From Opitutales bacterium (GTDB taxonomy: Bacteria > Verrucomicrobiota > Verrucomicrobiia > Opitutales > PNEW01), in the NCBI GenBank assembly GCA_965219535.1, contig CBDCNV010000001.1, forward strand, positions 1,500,001-1,532,000: DNA of 32,000 nt, in the 5' to 3' direction. A program made the translations under genes and the position numbers. Position 1 is the first letter of the stretch. The number at the start of each line of letters is the position of its first letter. Below, one piece after another: positions 1 to 8,500 of the stretch. Below the pieces are notes generated by a model. The model was not told the origin of the DNA. It saw only the letters and a program-made list of their open reading frames with translations, and searched no databases.

Positions 1-337
1 GGAATTGTCAGTCAGTATACTCAAGGCCGGGCTTGACGGGGAAGCGACAGGTTTCCCTGTTGAATTTAATGCTGATGTAATAGCGACCGCGAAAAAGAAT
101 CTGAAGGCAAAGGAGATGTTAGATGGAGAGGGTGGTTATTGCGTGTATGGTAAGCTTAAACCCGCTGACCTGGCGGTTAAGGAGTGTTTGCTCCCAATCG
201 GGCTGGCCAATCACATAAAGCTGATAAATGATGTTGCTGAAGGACAATGTGTGAAGTGGTCTGATATTGAATATGATAAGGCGGATCCGATAATAAAATT
301 TCGACGCGAAATGGAGCAAATCAACACAACTAATTGA
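1..337 (+). CDS. C-terminal part (5' end off-window) of a predicted NAD(P)-dependent oxidoreductase with a C-terminal SAF domain (COG4091-like)
   Basis: The frame is open from the window edge to TGA at 335..337. The tail ...MLDGEGGYCVYGKLKPADLAVKECLLPIGLANHIKLINDVAEGQCVKWSDIEYD resembles, from memory, the SAF-domain end of COG4091 proteins. Confidence 0.5.
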   Translation, partial: ELSVSILKAGLDGEATGFPVEFNADVIATAKKNLKAKEMLDGEGGYCVYGKLKPADLAVKECLLPIGLANHIKLINDVAEGQCVKWSDIEYDKADPIIKFRREMEQINTTN

Positions 338-386
338 TCTGAATTTTCAAAGATTATAATTTTTTCTTTTAACAAGGTTTTGCTTA

Positions 387-767
387 ATGGATGAGTTTAT
401 CGCGAAAATTTTTTCCTTAGCTATACTGATTTATGGCTTTTCCCATTTCCTACAGGCAAAACGGTGGGGGAGTTTTTTATCGAACTTACTTCAGGGAGAA
501 CAGGCCCCATTTATTATTGGTTCTTTGACCCTGCCTCTAGGATTATTTATTGTCATAGGGCACAATATATGGGTCTTGGATTTTCCTGTTATTATTACTG
601 TATGCGGTTGGGGTATGGTGATTAAGAGTATTGCCTATCTTTTATTCCCAGGCTGTATTAAAATGATTACACCTGACACAGAAATTAATTTACGCTACGC
701 ATCGATCGGCGTTGGAATATTGATGATCATAATGGGGCTAATACTCGTATTTGATACTTATTATTGA
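387..767 (+). CDS. small integral membrane protein (about 4 TM helices), function unknown
   Basis: 126-aa ATG-started ORF, strongly hydrophobic with helix-length segments, with no competing ORF. Confidence 0.6.
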   Translation: MDEFIAKIFSLAILIYGFSHFLQAKRWGSFLSNLLQGEQAPFIIGSLTLPLGLFIVIGHNIWVLDFPVIITVCGWGMVIKSIAYLLFPGCIKMITPDTEINLRYASIGVGILMIIMGLILVFDTYY

Positions 768-869
768 ACCTCTTGTAAGCTATAGGTTCTTGAGGTCCCG
801 GTCAGCGTGTGGTTCTTCGAATGAGGTCTAGGATTTAGCAACCGGATATCATTGGGTCTTGCTAAAATT

Positions 870-1577
870 ATGGGAAAACAGCTAAATAAGAATACAATGA
901 ATCAGTATTCACTTGAAAATTATCAACGCCCTCAACTTACGACTCCGAACGGTGAAGATAAAATTCTCTTGCACTCTTGCTGTGCACCTTGCGCGGGTGA
1001 GATAATGGAAGCACTTGTCGCTTCAAAAATTCAACCCACACTTTTTTTTTATAATCCCAATATCCATCCACGTAAAGAATATGAAATACGTAAGGATGAA
1101 AACATCCGTTTTGCCAAAGACCTGGGGATTACATTTATCGACGCTGACTACGATAAGGATAATTGGTTTGATCGGGTGAAGGGATTGGAAGATGAACCTG
1201 AGCGTGGAGAGCGTTGCACGGTTTGTTTTGATATGCGTTTTGAACGCACTGCGCTCTATGCCGCGGAAAATAATTTCTCTTTAATCTCCAGCACATTGGG
1301 AATCTCCAGATGGAAGAATATGGATCAAATTAATCTTAGTGGTGAGCGCGCCGCCCGTCGCTATTCGCAGATGGTTTATTGGACCTTTAATTGGCGAAAG
1401 AAGGGTGGGAGTCAGCGAATGATAGAATTGTCAAAACGTGAAGAGTTTTACCAGCAGGAGTATTGCGGCTGCGTTTACAGCCTTCGCGATACTAACAGCT
1501 GGAGAGCTCAGAAAAATCGACCGCGCATTGAACGGGGAGTAAAATATTACGGGCGTGACGAAATTTCGGAAGAGTAA
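870..1577 (+). CDS. queH: epoxyqueuosine reductase QueH (DUF208 family)
   Basis: Motifs [34 protein letters not shown] and [10 protein letters not shown] are typical of QueH. The start is ambiguous: TTG 852, ATG 870 or ATG 897. Confidence 0.85.
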   Translation: MGKQLNKNTMNQYSLENYQRPQLTTPNGEDKILLHSCCAPCAGEIMEALVASKIQPTLFFYNPNIHPRKEYEIRKDENIRFAKDLGITFIDADYDKDNWFDRVKGLEDEPERGERCTVCFDMRFERTALYAAENNFSLISSTLGISRWKNMDQINLSGERAARRYSQMVYWTFNWRKKGGSQRMIELSKREEFYQQEYCGCVYSLRDTNSWRAQKNRPRIERGVKYYGRDEISEE

Positions 1578-1634
1578 ATTTACTGAAGTCTACCGACGGT
1601 GGTAGATGATCCGTTATTGGATTAATTGATCATC

Positions 1635-1662
1635 TTGACAAACGATTGTGCGTTCACATAGT
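1635..1662 (+). promoter_or_regulatory. sigma70-like promoter candidate (TTGACA, 16-nt spacer, CATAGT)
   Basis: Perfect -35 hexamer at 1635..1640 and a 4/6 -10 match at 1657..1662, upstream of the small ORF and terminator unit. Confidence 0.3.
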
Positions 1663-1739
1663 CTAAATTGAGAACGAATCAGGTATTTATTGGTCATGAG
1701 TACCTGAATTCAAGTTTAAACATCAACAAGGAGGTGATC

Positions 1740-1823
1740 ATGAGTAATAGGCCATTTGCGAAACCAGGAATATCCAAGATGAATTTTACACCTCGTGAAC
1801 TGTTTAAGGTTGGGAGTGATTAA
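1740..1823 (+). CDS. 27-codon small ORF (MSNRPFAKPGISKMNFTPRELFKVGSD) with an unusually strong Shine-Dalgarno
   Basis: AAGGAGGTGATC at 1728..1739 is a 12-nt perfect complement of the canonical 16S 3' tail and lies directly before the ATG at 1740. I recognise no homology. Confidence 0.3.
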   Translation: MSNRPFAKPGISKMNFTPRELFKVGSD

Positions 1824-1990
1824 TCTCATTCCTAATGAGAGGCGGTAATGAATCTACCATTCCTGGTGGGGGTCTTGACCGTTTATCTTTAATTCGGTAA
1901 GTTTTCTAAAACGAGAGCTTTACCTTCTTTTTATCGGGTGCCTGACCTAGTGATGTTAGCACATTTGATTTTAATTTTAACCCTTAACAA

Positions 1991-2027
1991 AGCCTGTGGT
2001 GAGTATACGCACCACAGGCTTTTTTTT
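1991..2027 (+). terminator. rho-independent terminator
   Basis: An 11-bp perfect stem AGCCTGTGGTG / CACCACAGGCT (1991..2001 with 2010..2020), an 8-nt loop, then T7 at 2021..2027. Confidence 0.75.
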
Positions 2028-2133
2028 AATAAGAATTAAATTCCCATTTGAGATGTCTTTGGGGTAAATTAAAAAAAATTACACGATCAAAGGATTATTT
2101 GTATTCTTAATAATACTGAAATTCATACGTCTG

Positions 2134-3345
2134 GTGAAAAATTATTTTTTTAATTGGAATCGAGATTTCACACTGCTGGCTGTAGCGGTCTTCTCTTTAG
2201 GTGTCTTTTTCGGTGTACAAATGACCCTATTTAATAACTTTATCGTCGAGCGCATAGGGATTGAGGCACATGAATTGGGATACATAGAGGCCATGCGTGA
2301 GATTCCAGGATTATTAAACGTCGTCTTTATAGCCATAATGGTTCGTGTCGTCGCTCCAATACTGGGCGGGTTTTCCCTCATCATTCTCGGAGTGGGAATT
2401 ATTGGGTACGCCTGGTCCAGTACCGTTGTCGCGATCGCCTTGTTTTCCGTAATATGGAGTATTGGCTTTCATGGCTGGATAACGCTTCAACATGCGATGG
2501 CTTTAAAATTTTCTCCCGGTACCGATAAGGGCGTGTGGTTGGGGAAACTTCATAGTGTAAACAGTTTTGCCTGGTTAATTACGATTGGCATATGCATCTT
2601 TGCCTTTCGCTATATTGGCTATGAAGGGCTGTTTATAATGGGTGGAATTGTGACCATTATTGGAGGAACAGCTATATTTTTTGCCTCGAAAGATAAGCCG
2701 ATTGTCCCTGAGAAAGGCTTTGTTTTTAAAAGGCGTTATCGGCTCTATTATATTCTTAATGTGTTGGATGGCTGTCGCAGACAGATATTCATGACTTTCG
2801 CTATTTTCGCCCTCGTGAAAGTTCACGGGATGCCGATTACGACGACGATGATTTTAGTTCTCGTTAATAAGATACTTGTCACTCTCGTTGCTCCGCTCAT
2901 GGGGCGTTTAGTTGACAACCGTGGGGAGCGACTGATGTTAAGCTTTACTTATTTCGGCCTGATTTTTGTGTTCTTAGGTTATGCGATTATTGAATATCGT
3001 CCCATCCTTTATGTCCTTTTTTGTATCGATAATCTCCTCTTTTTCGAAGGTATAGCACTGACGACTTTTATTAACAAAATAACTCCCGCTGAAGAGCTGA
3101 AGCCGACACTCTCAATGGGGGTGACAATGAATCATGTAGCCGCGGTCACCGCACCTTTAATCGGGGGATTGGTATGGTATTATTTTGGGTATAAAATAAT
3201 ATTTTTCAGCGGTGCGATTATCGCCATGTGTTCATTTCTGGCATCACAATGGGTTGACCCGGAAGGCATGTTAAGGGCTGAGGCAGATAATGATGATGTC
3301 TCTCTCACCGACGGTGTCGTCACCCCGTCTAAAATACCTGGTTAA
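2134..3345 (+). CDS. MFS-type transporter
   Basis: 403-aa polytopic membrane protein (about 12 TM) with a central cytoplasmic loop and a GTG start. The MFS fold is inferred from topology and the GRLVDNRGER-type loop. Confidence 0.8.
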   Translation: MKNYFFNWNRDFTLLAVAVFSLGVFFGVQMTLFNNFIVERIGIEAHELGYIEAMREIPGLLNVVFIAIMVRVVAPILGGFSLIILGVGIIGYAWSSTVVAIALFSVIWSIGFHGWITLQHAMALKFSPGTDKGVWLGKLHSVNSFAWLITIGICIFAFRYIGYEGLFIMGGIVTIIGGTAIFFASKDKPIVPEKGFVFKRRYRLYYILNVLDGCRRQIFMTFAIFALVKVHGMPITTTMILVLVNKILVTLVAPLMGRLVDNRGERLMLSFTYFGLIFVFLGYAIIEYRPILYVLFCIDNLLFFEGIALTTFINKITPAEELKPTLSMGVTMNHVAAVTAPLIGGLVWYYFGYKIIFFSGAIIAMCSFLASQWVDPEGMLRAEADNDDVSLTDGVVTPSKIPG

Positions 3346-3429
3346 GTAGCGGTGTGATAAATTCCCAACACTAGCCAAAAGGAACTATCGTTCACCGGAT
3401 CAGAAGATAGGGGATTGCCCTGCTGAACG

Positions 3430-3988
3430 TCATTCGATCGTAATTTCTTCTGTCGTGACGGGAATATTCGTCCCATCAGCGTTTTCAAAAGTAGCGCCTA
3501 TTCTTTGTGTCGGTTGAGGAGTCCCATCCGACTTAAAGTTATTTTGTGAAATCAAAGTATCGAATCCAGGTGTAGTGGAACCGCTTGGCGCAACAATAAT
3601 GGCATTACCGTTACTCTGAGATAAATTCCCCCCCGTAATTCTCAACCCGGGATTAGGGGCCTGGACGGTAAATGAACCTTCACCAAATAGCAGGTAAGGC
3701 TGCGCATCTCCACTGGCATCAATGTCGCCCAGGGTCATCCGCACGGCTATCGGCACCCCCTCAGCGACAACTCCTGTCCTCCCGGTAGTCGCTGAAAAAG
3801 TTGCATTCGATAATTGCATGCCGCCCATTCCAGTAGAATTAATTATTTCTACGAGGGTGACGTTTGCCTCCGCATTGTAGACTTCTCCCTCTGGAAATAA
3901 TGCCTGGTTTACCGCATTGATCGATCCAACGGTGAAGATACTAAAGAAGGTGTTCGAGTCGGCTCCATCAATCAGCACGCTGGGACGT
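3430..3988 (-). pseudogene. C-terminal fragment of a secreted or surface-type hypothetical protein, 5'-truncated by IS copy 1
   Basis: The minus-strand frame stays open upstream of the nominal GTG (3978) right up to the IS boundary at 3988/3989. No N-terminus or signal sequence is present. The sequence is Gly/Thr/Asn-rich and beta-type. Confidence 0.6.
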
Positions 3989-4024
3989 TGGAGTGACCCC
4001 CAAAAATCGTATCATTTACAGAGA

Positions 4025-4052
4025 GAGGTTATCGGGATAAACAGATAACCTC
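4025..4052 (+). promoter_or_regulatory. perfect 9-bp hairpin immediately upstream of the orfA start codon
   Basis: GAGGTTATC (4025..4033) pairs with GATAACCTC (4044..4052) across a 10-nt loop, with the ATG at 4054. The left arm contains the only GAGG Shine-Dalgarno-like string. Confidence 0.4.
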
Positions 4053-4053
4053 A

Positions 4054-5306
4054 ATGAAAAGAAAAAGATACACAACAGAACAGATTATAACAATATTGCG
4101 GCAAGCCGATACCGGTAAAACGGTACAGGAAATCTGCCGTGGAAACAACCTGAGCGAACAGACTTTCTATCGCTGGCGTAAAAAATATGGCAATTTAGAA
4201 CTTGCCGATGCGAAGCGATTTAAAGAGCTGGAAAAAGAATTCACGAGCGCAAGCGAGAAGGCCTGACATACCGAGCTGAAGAAGCTGCTCGCAGATCAAA
4301 TGCTCAAGAATCAGGTAATGGAGGAAACGCTGTCAAAAAAATGGTGAGCCCAAAGCAGAAGAAACGAGTAGTAAAAGCTGCGGCTGAGAAAGGGTTGTGC
4401 TCGTTGCGGAGGGCTTGTGCTTATCTCAGCCTGAGTTGGTCAACGTTCAGTTACCGGCCCAAACAGGCCAGTGAGAAAGCTCAGCGGTTGGTCGAGCGGA
4501 TTGTGAGCTTGTCCTGGAAACATCCCCGCTACGGTTACCGGCGCATCCGTGCCTTGCTGGTAAAGGAAGGCTGGACAACAAGCAGGAAGTTTGTCCAGGC
4601 GGTACGACGTTCAGAAGGGCTGCAGGTAAAGCCCCCGAAAAAGGGCAGACACCGTCAAGGAGTCTCTACGGGGTCACCTACTAAAGCAAAGGGTCGCAAT
4701 CACGTTTGGTCCTGGGACTTTGTCCATGATCGTACAGACAACGGCGGTCCATTAAAGATGATGACTCTAATCGATGTACCGAGGAGCTGAAAGCGACGAC
4801 ACTCAAGCGAAGCGAAGACATATACGCGTAAATGCCTGGATATCCGGGTCGCTCGTCAACTCACCTCAACCGATGTCCTCTCTGTGCTTAGCGAGGCCAT
4901 TGAAGAGGAGGGACCTCCCAGCTATATCCGTAGTGACAACGGCAGTGAGTTCATTGCTCATCAAGTGCAGCAGTGGTTGTCCGGTAATAACATAAAGGCG
5001 ATCTATATCGATCCGGGCAGTCCCTGGCAAAACGGTTTCATCGAGTCGTTTCACAACCGCTTACGCGATGAGTGTTTGAACCGTGAAGTGTTGCTCAGCG
5101 TGGCTGAAGCGCAAGTGGTAATCGAACAATGGCGTCAGACCTATAACCATGAACATCCCCACAGTCGTTTAGGCTTCAAAAGCCCACAAGAGTTTGTCAG
5201 ATTCCTTTCCGATCTTGGCCGCGTTCGGGCTACGCCCTCACTTCGCCAAGATCTCTCATATACATCAATCCTAAAACCATTAACACCCGGTAACTCTCTC
5301 ACTTAA
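4054..5306 (+). pseudogene. IS3-family transposase orfAB (programmed -1 frameshift) with one in-frame TGA in each frame
   Basis: The orfA frame runs 4054..4347 with a TGA at 4264..4266. The orfB frame runs 4341..5306 with a TGA at 4788..4790, and 4884 is in frame with 4341. Motifs are the HTH YTTEQIITILRQ..TFYRWRKKYG and DDE-type WSWDF, IRSDNGSEF and NGFIESFHNRLRDE. Confidence 0.85.
4335..4341 (+). promoter_or_regulatory. A AAA AAA slippery heptamer for -1 ribosomal frameshifting (orfA to orfB)
   Basis: The orfA frame reads TCA AAA AAA TGG TGA. The orfB frame starts at 4341, which is -1 relative to orfA. This is the classic IS3-family arrangement. Confidence 0.6.
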
Positions 5307-5638
5307 ATTGGTACGAAAAACGGGGTCCGATCACCGCAAGTGATGAAAAATAAAGCGAAAGCAGTTAACCTGAGTAAGTGATTAATTCTATGTATAAATG
5401 AATACATTTTCTTGTCCAATTTTCATATATAAGATTGTGCCTCTTCACAAATTAAAACTTTATCATATTCCATATCCCGGGTATCATTCAAGTCCTCAAC
5501 TATGTGGGGAAGGAGAGTATAATCAATCAATCCAATGGAAATCCCTCGTTATAGTATTATTAAATTACGCTATAGAGTAAAACCTGTCCTGATTAAGCAA
5601 GTAACTTGACTATATTTTCCACAATAAATAGTTAATCG

Positions 5639-6040
5639 ATGAAAGAAAATCCGGTAATACTTTTTGATGGGATCTGTAATCTCTGTAATGGGATAGTTAA
5701 TTTTATTATTAAAAAAGATCCTGAGTCGTATTTTAAATTTACCCCATTGCAGTCTCCCCTCGGGCAGCGTTTACTTGAAAAACATGGGTTTAACCCCGAG
5801 CAACTGGATACCTTTGTCCTTATTGATGGGGACAGTTATTTTACGAAGAGTGATGCCGCCCTATACATCGCACGTCACCTCACTGGGGTATGGTCTCTCT
5901 TAGGGATTTTTTCCCTTATCCCGAAACCCTTTCGTGATTGGGGTTATGCTATCGTTGTGCGTAATCGTTACCGATGGTTTGGAAAAAAAGAAGCATGCAT
6001 GATCCCTACGAAGGATCTACTTAACCGATTTTTAAAATAA
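5639..6040 (+). CDS. DCC1-like thiol-disulfide oxidoreductase family protein (DUF393)
   Basis: The N-terminal ILFDGICNLCNGIVNFIIKKD motif (CxxC) and the 133-aa size are typical of the DCC family. Confidence 0.8.
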   Translation: MKENPVILFDGICNLCNGIVNFIIKKDPESYFKFTPLQSPLGQRLLEKHGFNPEQLDTFVLIDGDSYFTKSDAALYIARHLTGVWSLLGIFSLIPKPFRDWGYAIVVRNRYRWFGKKEACMIPTKDLLNRFLK

Positions 6041-6176
6041 AGAGGGCAGCGCTGCTTTTTGAAATAAGAAGGAAATTCTTAAAACCTTTAAAGGTGTTTC
6101 AGGCAATTGGCGCGGGTTGATGATAATTGCCACCTATCGATCACTAATAGTTTTGAAATGCGAGGTATTTAACCGG

Positions 6177-7151
6177 TCAGTAATTCCTCGAGAAATCAGA
6201 AGTATAAGTGGGGTTGTCGCCGACAATAGTTTTTAAGTTTTCATCAAAATGATAATCAAAGTCACCTAAGAAATCCACGTTTTCGGCGACAATTGCTCCA
6301 AACATCTCTCCGCCCGCTTGCAGGTTCACATCAGCACGGGGAGCATACACCGCTCCATAAAATGCGGAACCACCACCAATGTAATAATTCGGGGTAAACG
6401 TTCCCGTGTCCGTCGAATAGATGATGAGATTGCCCGGATCCCCCAAGTTGCCTGGATCTCCTGAAAAATTCTCAATTTTACCGAGGTTATGATGCAGGGT
6501 GAAATCATCCGCAATATACAGTTTTAATTGCACACCATCAGCGATTTTCAGTATTCCATCGATATGCACGTCGTCTTGCACTACCAGGGTCATGTCTTCG
6601 GTGATCGTTAAGGTTTCTAAATCATCGATCCACAGGTCTCCCGTGATCAATCGCGCGCTCGCTCCCGCACCGGGCAAGGTGTCGCTTCCGCCGGGAAAAC
6701 TGTAGACACTGGTCACCCCGGCCGGGACCGGCATATCAGGAAAGTTTGGTTCAAACCCGTCAGCAACGCGACTTTCATCGACATCTATGCCCACGGGAGT
6801 CGAATCACCGTAAATCTTACCATTAACTCCGATCGTATGCGGCTCTACCCAAGTTGAAACATAACCCTCGACTTCACCTTTGGCTAATTCCAGGGCCCGT
6901 ACTTTTGCGCCCACTAAACTGCCGTGATCATTTTTGTTAAAGAAGGGATCATAAATCCCAAGATTTACTGCAGGGTCAGATGTGTAGCTGTCTACCTTTA
7001 CCGTTCCCGCATTGTAAAAGACGATATCATCATGGGTAGTAATCCCATTGGGAAAGATTGATCGTCGCCTTAGGTCAGCATAAAAATTCTTCTGCACTAT
7101 TTCTCCATTCGTTAAATATAAATAGACGATACTGTAAATGCGTATTGGGTT
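6177..7151 (-). pseudogene. C-terminal two-thirds of a PilX/TadG-like pilus-associated protein, split by IS copy 2
   Basis: The frame is open from the IS boundary (7151) to the stop at 6177..6179. It joins in frame to 8497..8875 once the IS and one GGTT copy are removed. The tail FYGAVYAPRADVNLQAGGEMFGAIVAENVDF is typical of PilX/TadG-like C-termini. Confidence 0.8.
7148..7151. repeat. target-site duplication GGTT (left copy) of IS copy 2
   Basis: GGTT lies immediately outside the IS end at 7152 and matches 8497..8500. Confidence 0.7.
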
Positions 7152-8496
7152 TGATCGGACCCCGTTTTTCGTACCAATTTAAGTGAGAGAGTTACCGGGT
7201 GTTAATGGTTTTAGGATTGATGTATATGAGAGATCTTGGCGAAGTGAGGGCGTAGCCCGAACGCGGCCAAGATCGGAAAGGAATCTGACAAACTCTTGTG
7301 GGCTTTTGAAGCCTAAACGACTGTGGGGATGTTCATGGTTATAGGTCTGACGCCATTGTTCGATTACCACTTGCGCTTCAGCCACGCTGAGCAACACTTC
7401 ACGGTTCAAACACTCATCGCGTAAGCGGTTGTGAAACGACTCGATGAAACCGTTTTGCCAGGGACTGCCCGGATCGATATAGATCGCCTTTATGTTATTA
7501 CCGGACAACCACTGCTGCACTTGATGAGCAATGAACTCACTGCCGTTGTCACTACGGATATAGCTGGGAGGTCCCTCCTCTTCAATGGCCTCGCTAAGCA
7601 CAGAGAGGACATCGGTTGAGGTGAGTTGACGAGCGACCCGGATATCCAGGCATTTACGCGTATATGTCTTCGCTTCGCTTGAGTGTCGTCGCTTTCAGCT
7701 CCTCGGTACATCGATTAGAGTCATCATCTTTAATGGACCGCCGTTGTCTGTACGATCATGGACAAAGTCCCAGGACCAAACGTGATTGCGACCCTTTGCT
7801 TTAGTAGGTGACCCCGTAGAGACTCCTTGACGGTGTCTGCCCTTTTTCGGGGGCTTTACCTGCAGCCCTTCTGAACGTCGTACCGCCTGGACAAACTTCC
7901 TGCTTGTTGTCCAGCCTTCCTTTACCAGCAAGGCACGGATGCGCCGGTAACCGTAGCGGGGATGTTTCCAGGACAAGCTCACAATCCGCTCGACCAACCG
8001 CTGAGCTTTCTCACTGGCCTGTTTGGGCCGGTAACTGAACGTTGACCAACTCAGGCTGAGATAAGCACAAGCCCTCCGCAACGAGCACAACCCTTTCTCA
8101 GCCGCAGCTTTTACTACTCGTTTCTTCTGCTTTGGGCTCACCATTTTTTTGACAGCGTTTCCTCCATTACCTGATTCTTGAGCATTTGATCTGCGAGCAG
8201 CTTCTTCAGCTCGGTATGTCAGGCCTTCTCGCTTGCGCTCGTGAATTCTTTTTCCAGCTCTTTAAATCGCTTCGCATCGGCAAGTTCTAAATTGCCATAT
8301 TTTTTACGCCAGCGATAGAAAGTCTGTTCGCTCAGGTTGTTTCCACGGCAGATTTCCTGTACCGTTTTACCGGTATCGGCTTGCCGCAATATTGTTATAA
8401 TCTGTTCTGTTGTGTATCTTTTTCTTTTCATTGAGGTTATCTGTTTATCCCGATAACCTCTCTCTGTAAATGATACGATTTTTGGGGGTCACTCCA
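7152..8496 (-). mobile_element. IS3-family insertion sequence, copy 2 (1345 bp, inverted relative to copy 1)
   Basis: Reverse complement of 3989..5333 under the mapping p' = 12485 - p. It is flanked by the 4-bp direct repeat GGTT and interrupts a coding frame. Confidence 0.9.
7179..8431 (-). pseudogene. IS3-family transposase orfAB, copy 2, with the same two in-frame TGA codons
   Basis: Translations are identical to copy 1. The TGA codons lie at 8219..8221 and 7695..7697 (minus strand), and the slippery site at 8144..8150. Confidence 0.85.
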
Positions 8497-8500
8497 GGTT
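8497..8500. repeat. target-site duplication GGTT (right copy) of IS copy 2
   Basis: GGTT lies immediately outside the IS end at 8496. Confidence 0.7.

Larger units (their letters stand above)
3989..5333 (+). mobile_element. IS3-family insertion sequence, copy 1 (1345 bp)
   Basis: The ends are TGGAGTGACCCCCAAAAATCGTA... and ...TACGAAAAACGGGGTCCGATCA (TG..CA). These are imperfect terminal inverted repeats that share GACCCC and TCGTA blocks. The element has an orfA HTH, an A AAA AAA slippery site and an orfB DDE. It is identical to the inverted copy at 7152..8496 in every segment I compared and in all ORF translations. The flanks ACGT and CCGC do not form a target duplication. Confidence 0.9.

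Noticed and set aside
4264-4790. An alternative genetic code (TGA as a sense codon) as the explanation for the in-frame TGAs in the transposase.
   Set aside because: Host genes in the window end cleanly at TGA (335..337, 9963..9965, 19754..19756). No other long ORF needs TGA readthrough to be complete.
4774-5054. ORFs at 4774..4995 (+) and 4866..5054 (-), with their mirror images at 7431..7711, as separate genes.
   Set aside because: They are out of frame or antisense within the transposase orfB frame, which has clear DDE homology. They are shadow ORFs.
5398-5580. A 60-aa ORF in the AT-rich spacer downstream of IS copy 1.
   Set aside because: It has low-complexity, AT-driven codon content, no ribosome-binding site and no recognisable family. 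The region is more likely the promoter region of the DCC gene.
6046-6060. GCAGCGCTGC followed by TTTTT after the DCC gene, considered as an intrinsic terminator.
   Set aside because: The palindrome allows only about a 3-bp stem with a 4-nt loop. That is too weak to call, although it might contribute to termination.
6102-6131. A GGCAATT...AATTGCC inverted repeat between the convergent DCC and PilX-like genes.
   Set aside because: It has a 7-bp stem with a 16-nt loop and no U-tract on either strand, so there is not enough evidence for a terminator or an operator.
3989-8496. A composite transposon made of the two IS copies, carrying the DCC oxidoreductase gene as cargo.
   Set aside because: The gene split by copy 2 continues in frame from outside (8497..8875) to inside (6177..7151). 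Copy 2 also has its own GGTT duplication. The copies therefore inserted independently and did not move as one unit.
3985-8500. An inversion between the two IS copies as the explanation for the missing target duplication at copy 1.
   Set aside because: An inversion would pair the left flank of copy 1 (ACGT) with the reverse complement at the inner flank of copy 2. That flank is GGTT, and it matches the outer flank of copy 2 instead. Gene continuity across copy 2 also argues against an inversion.
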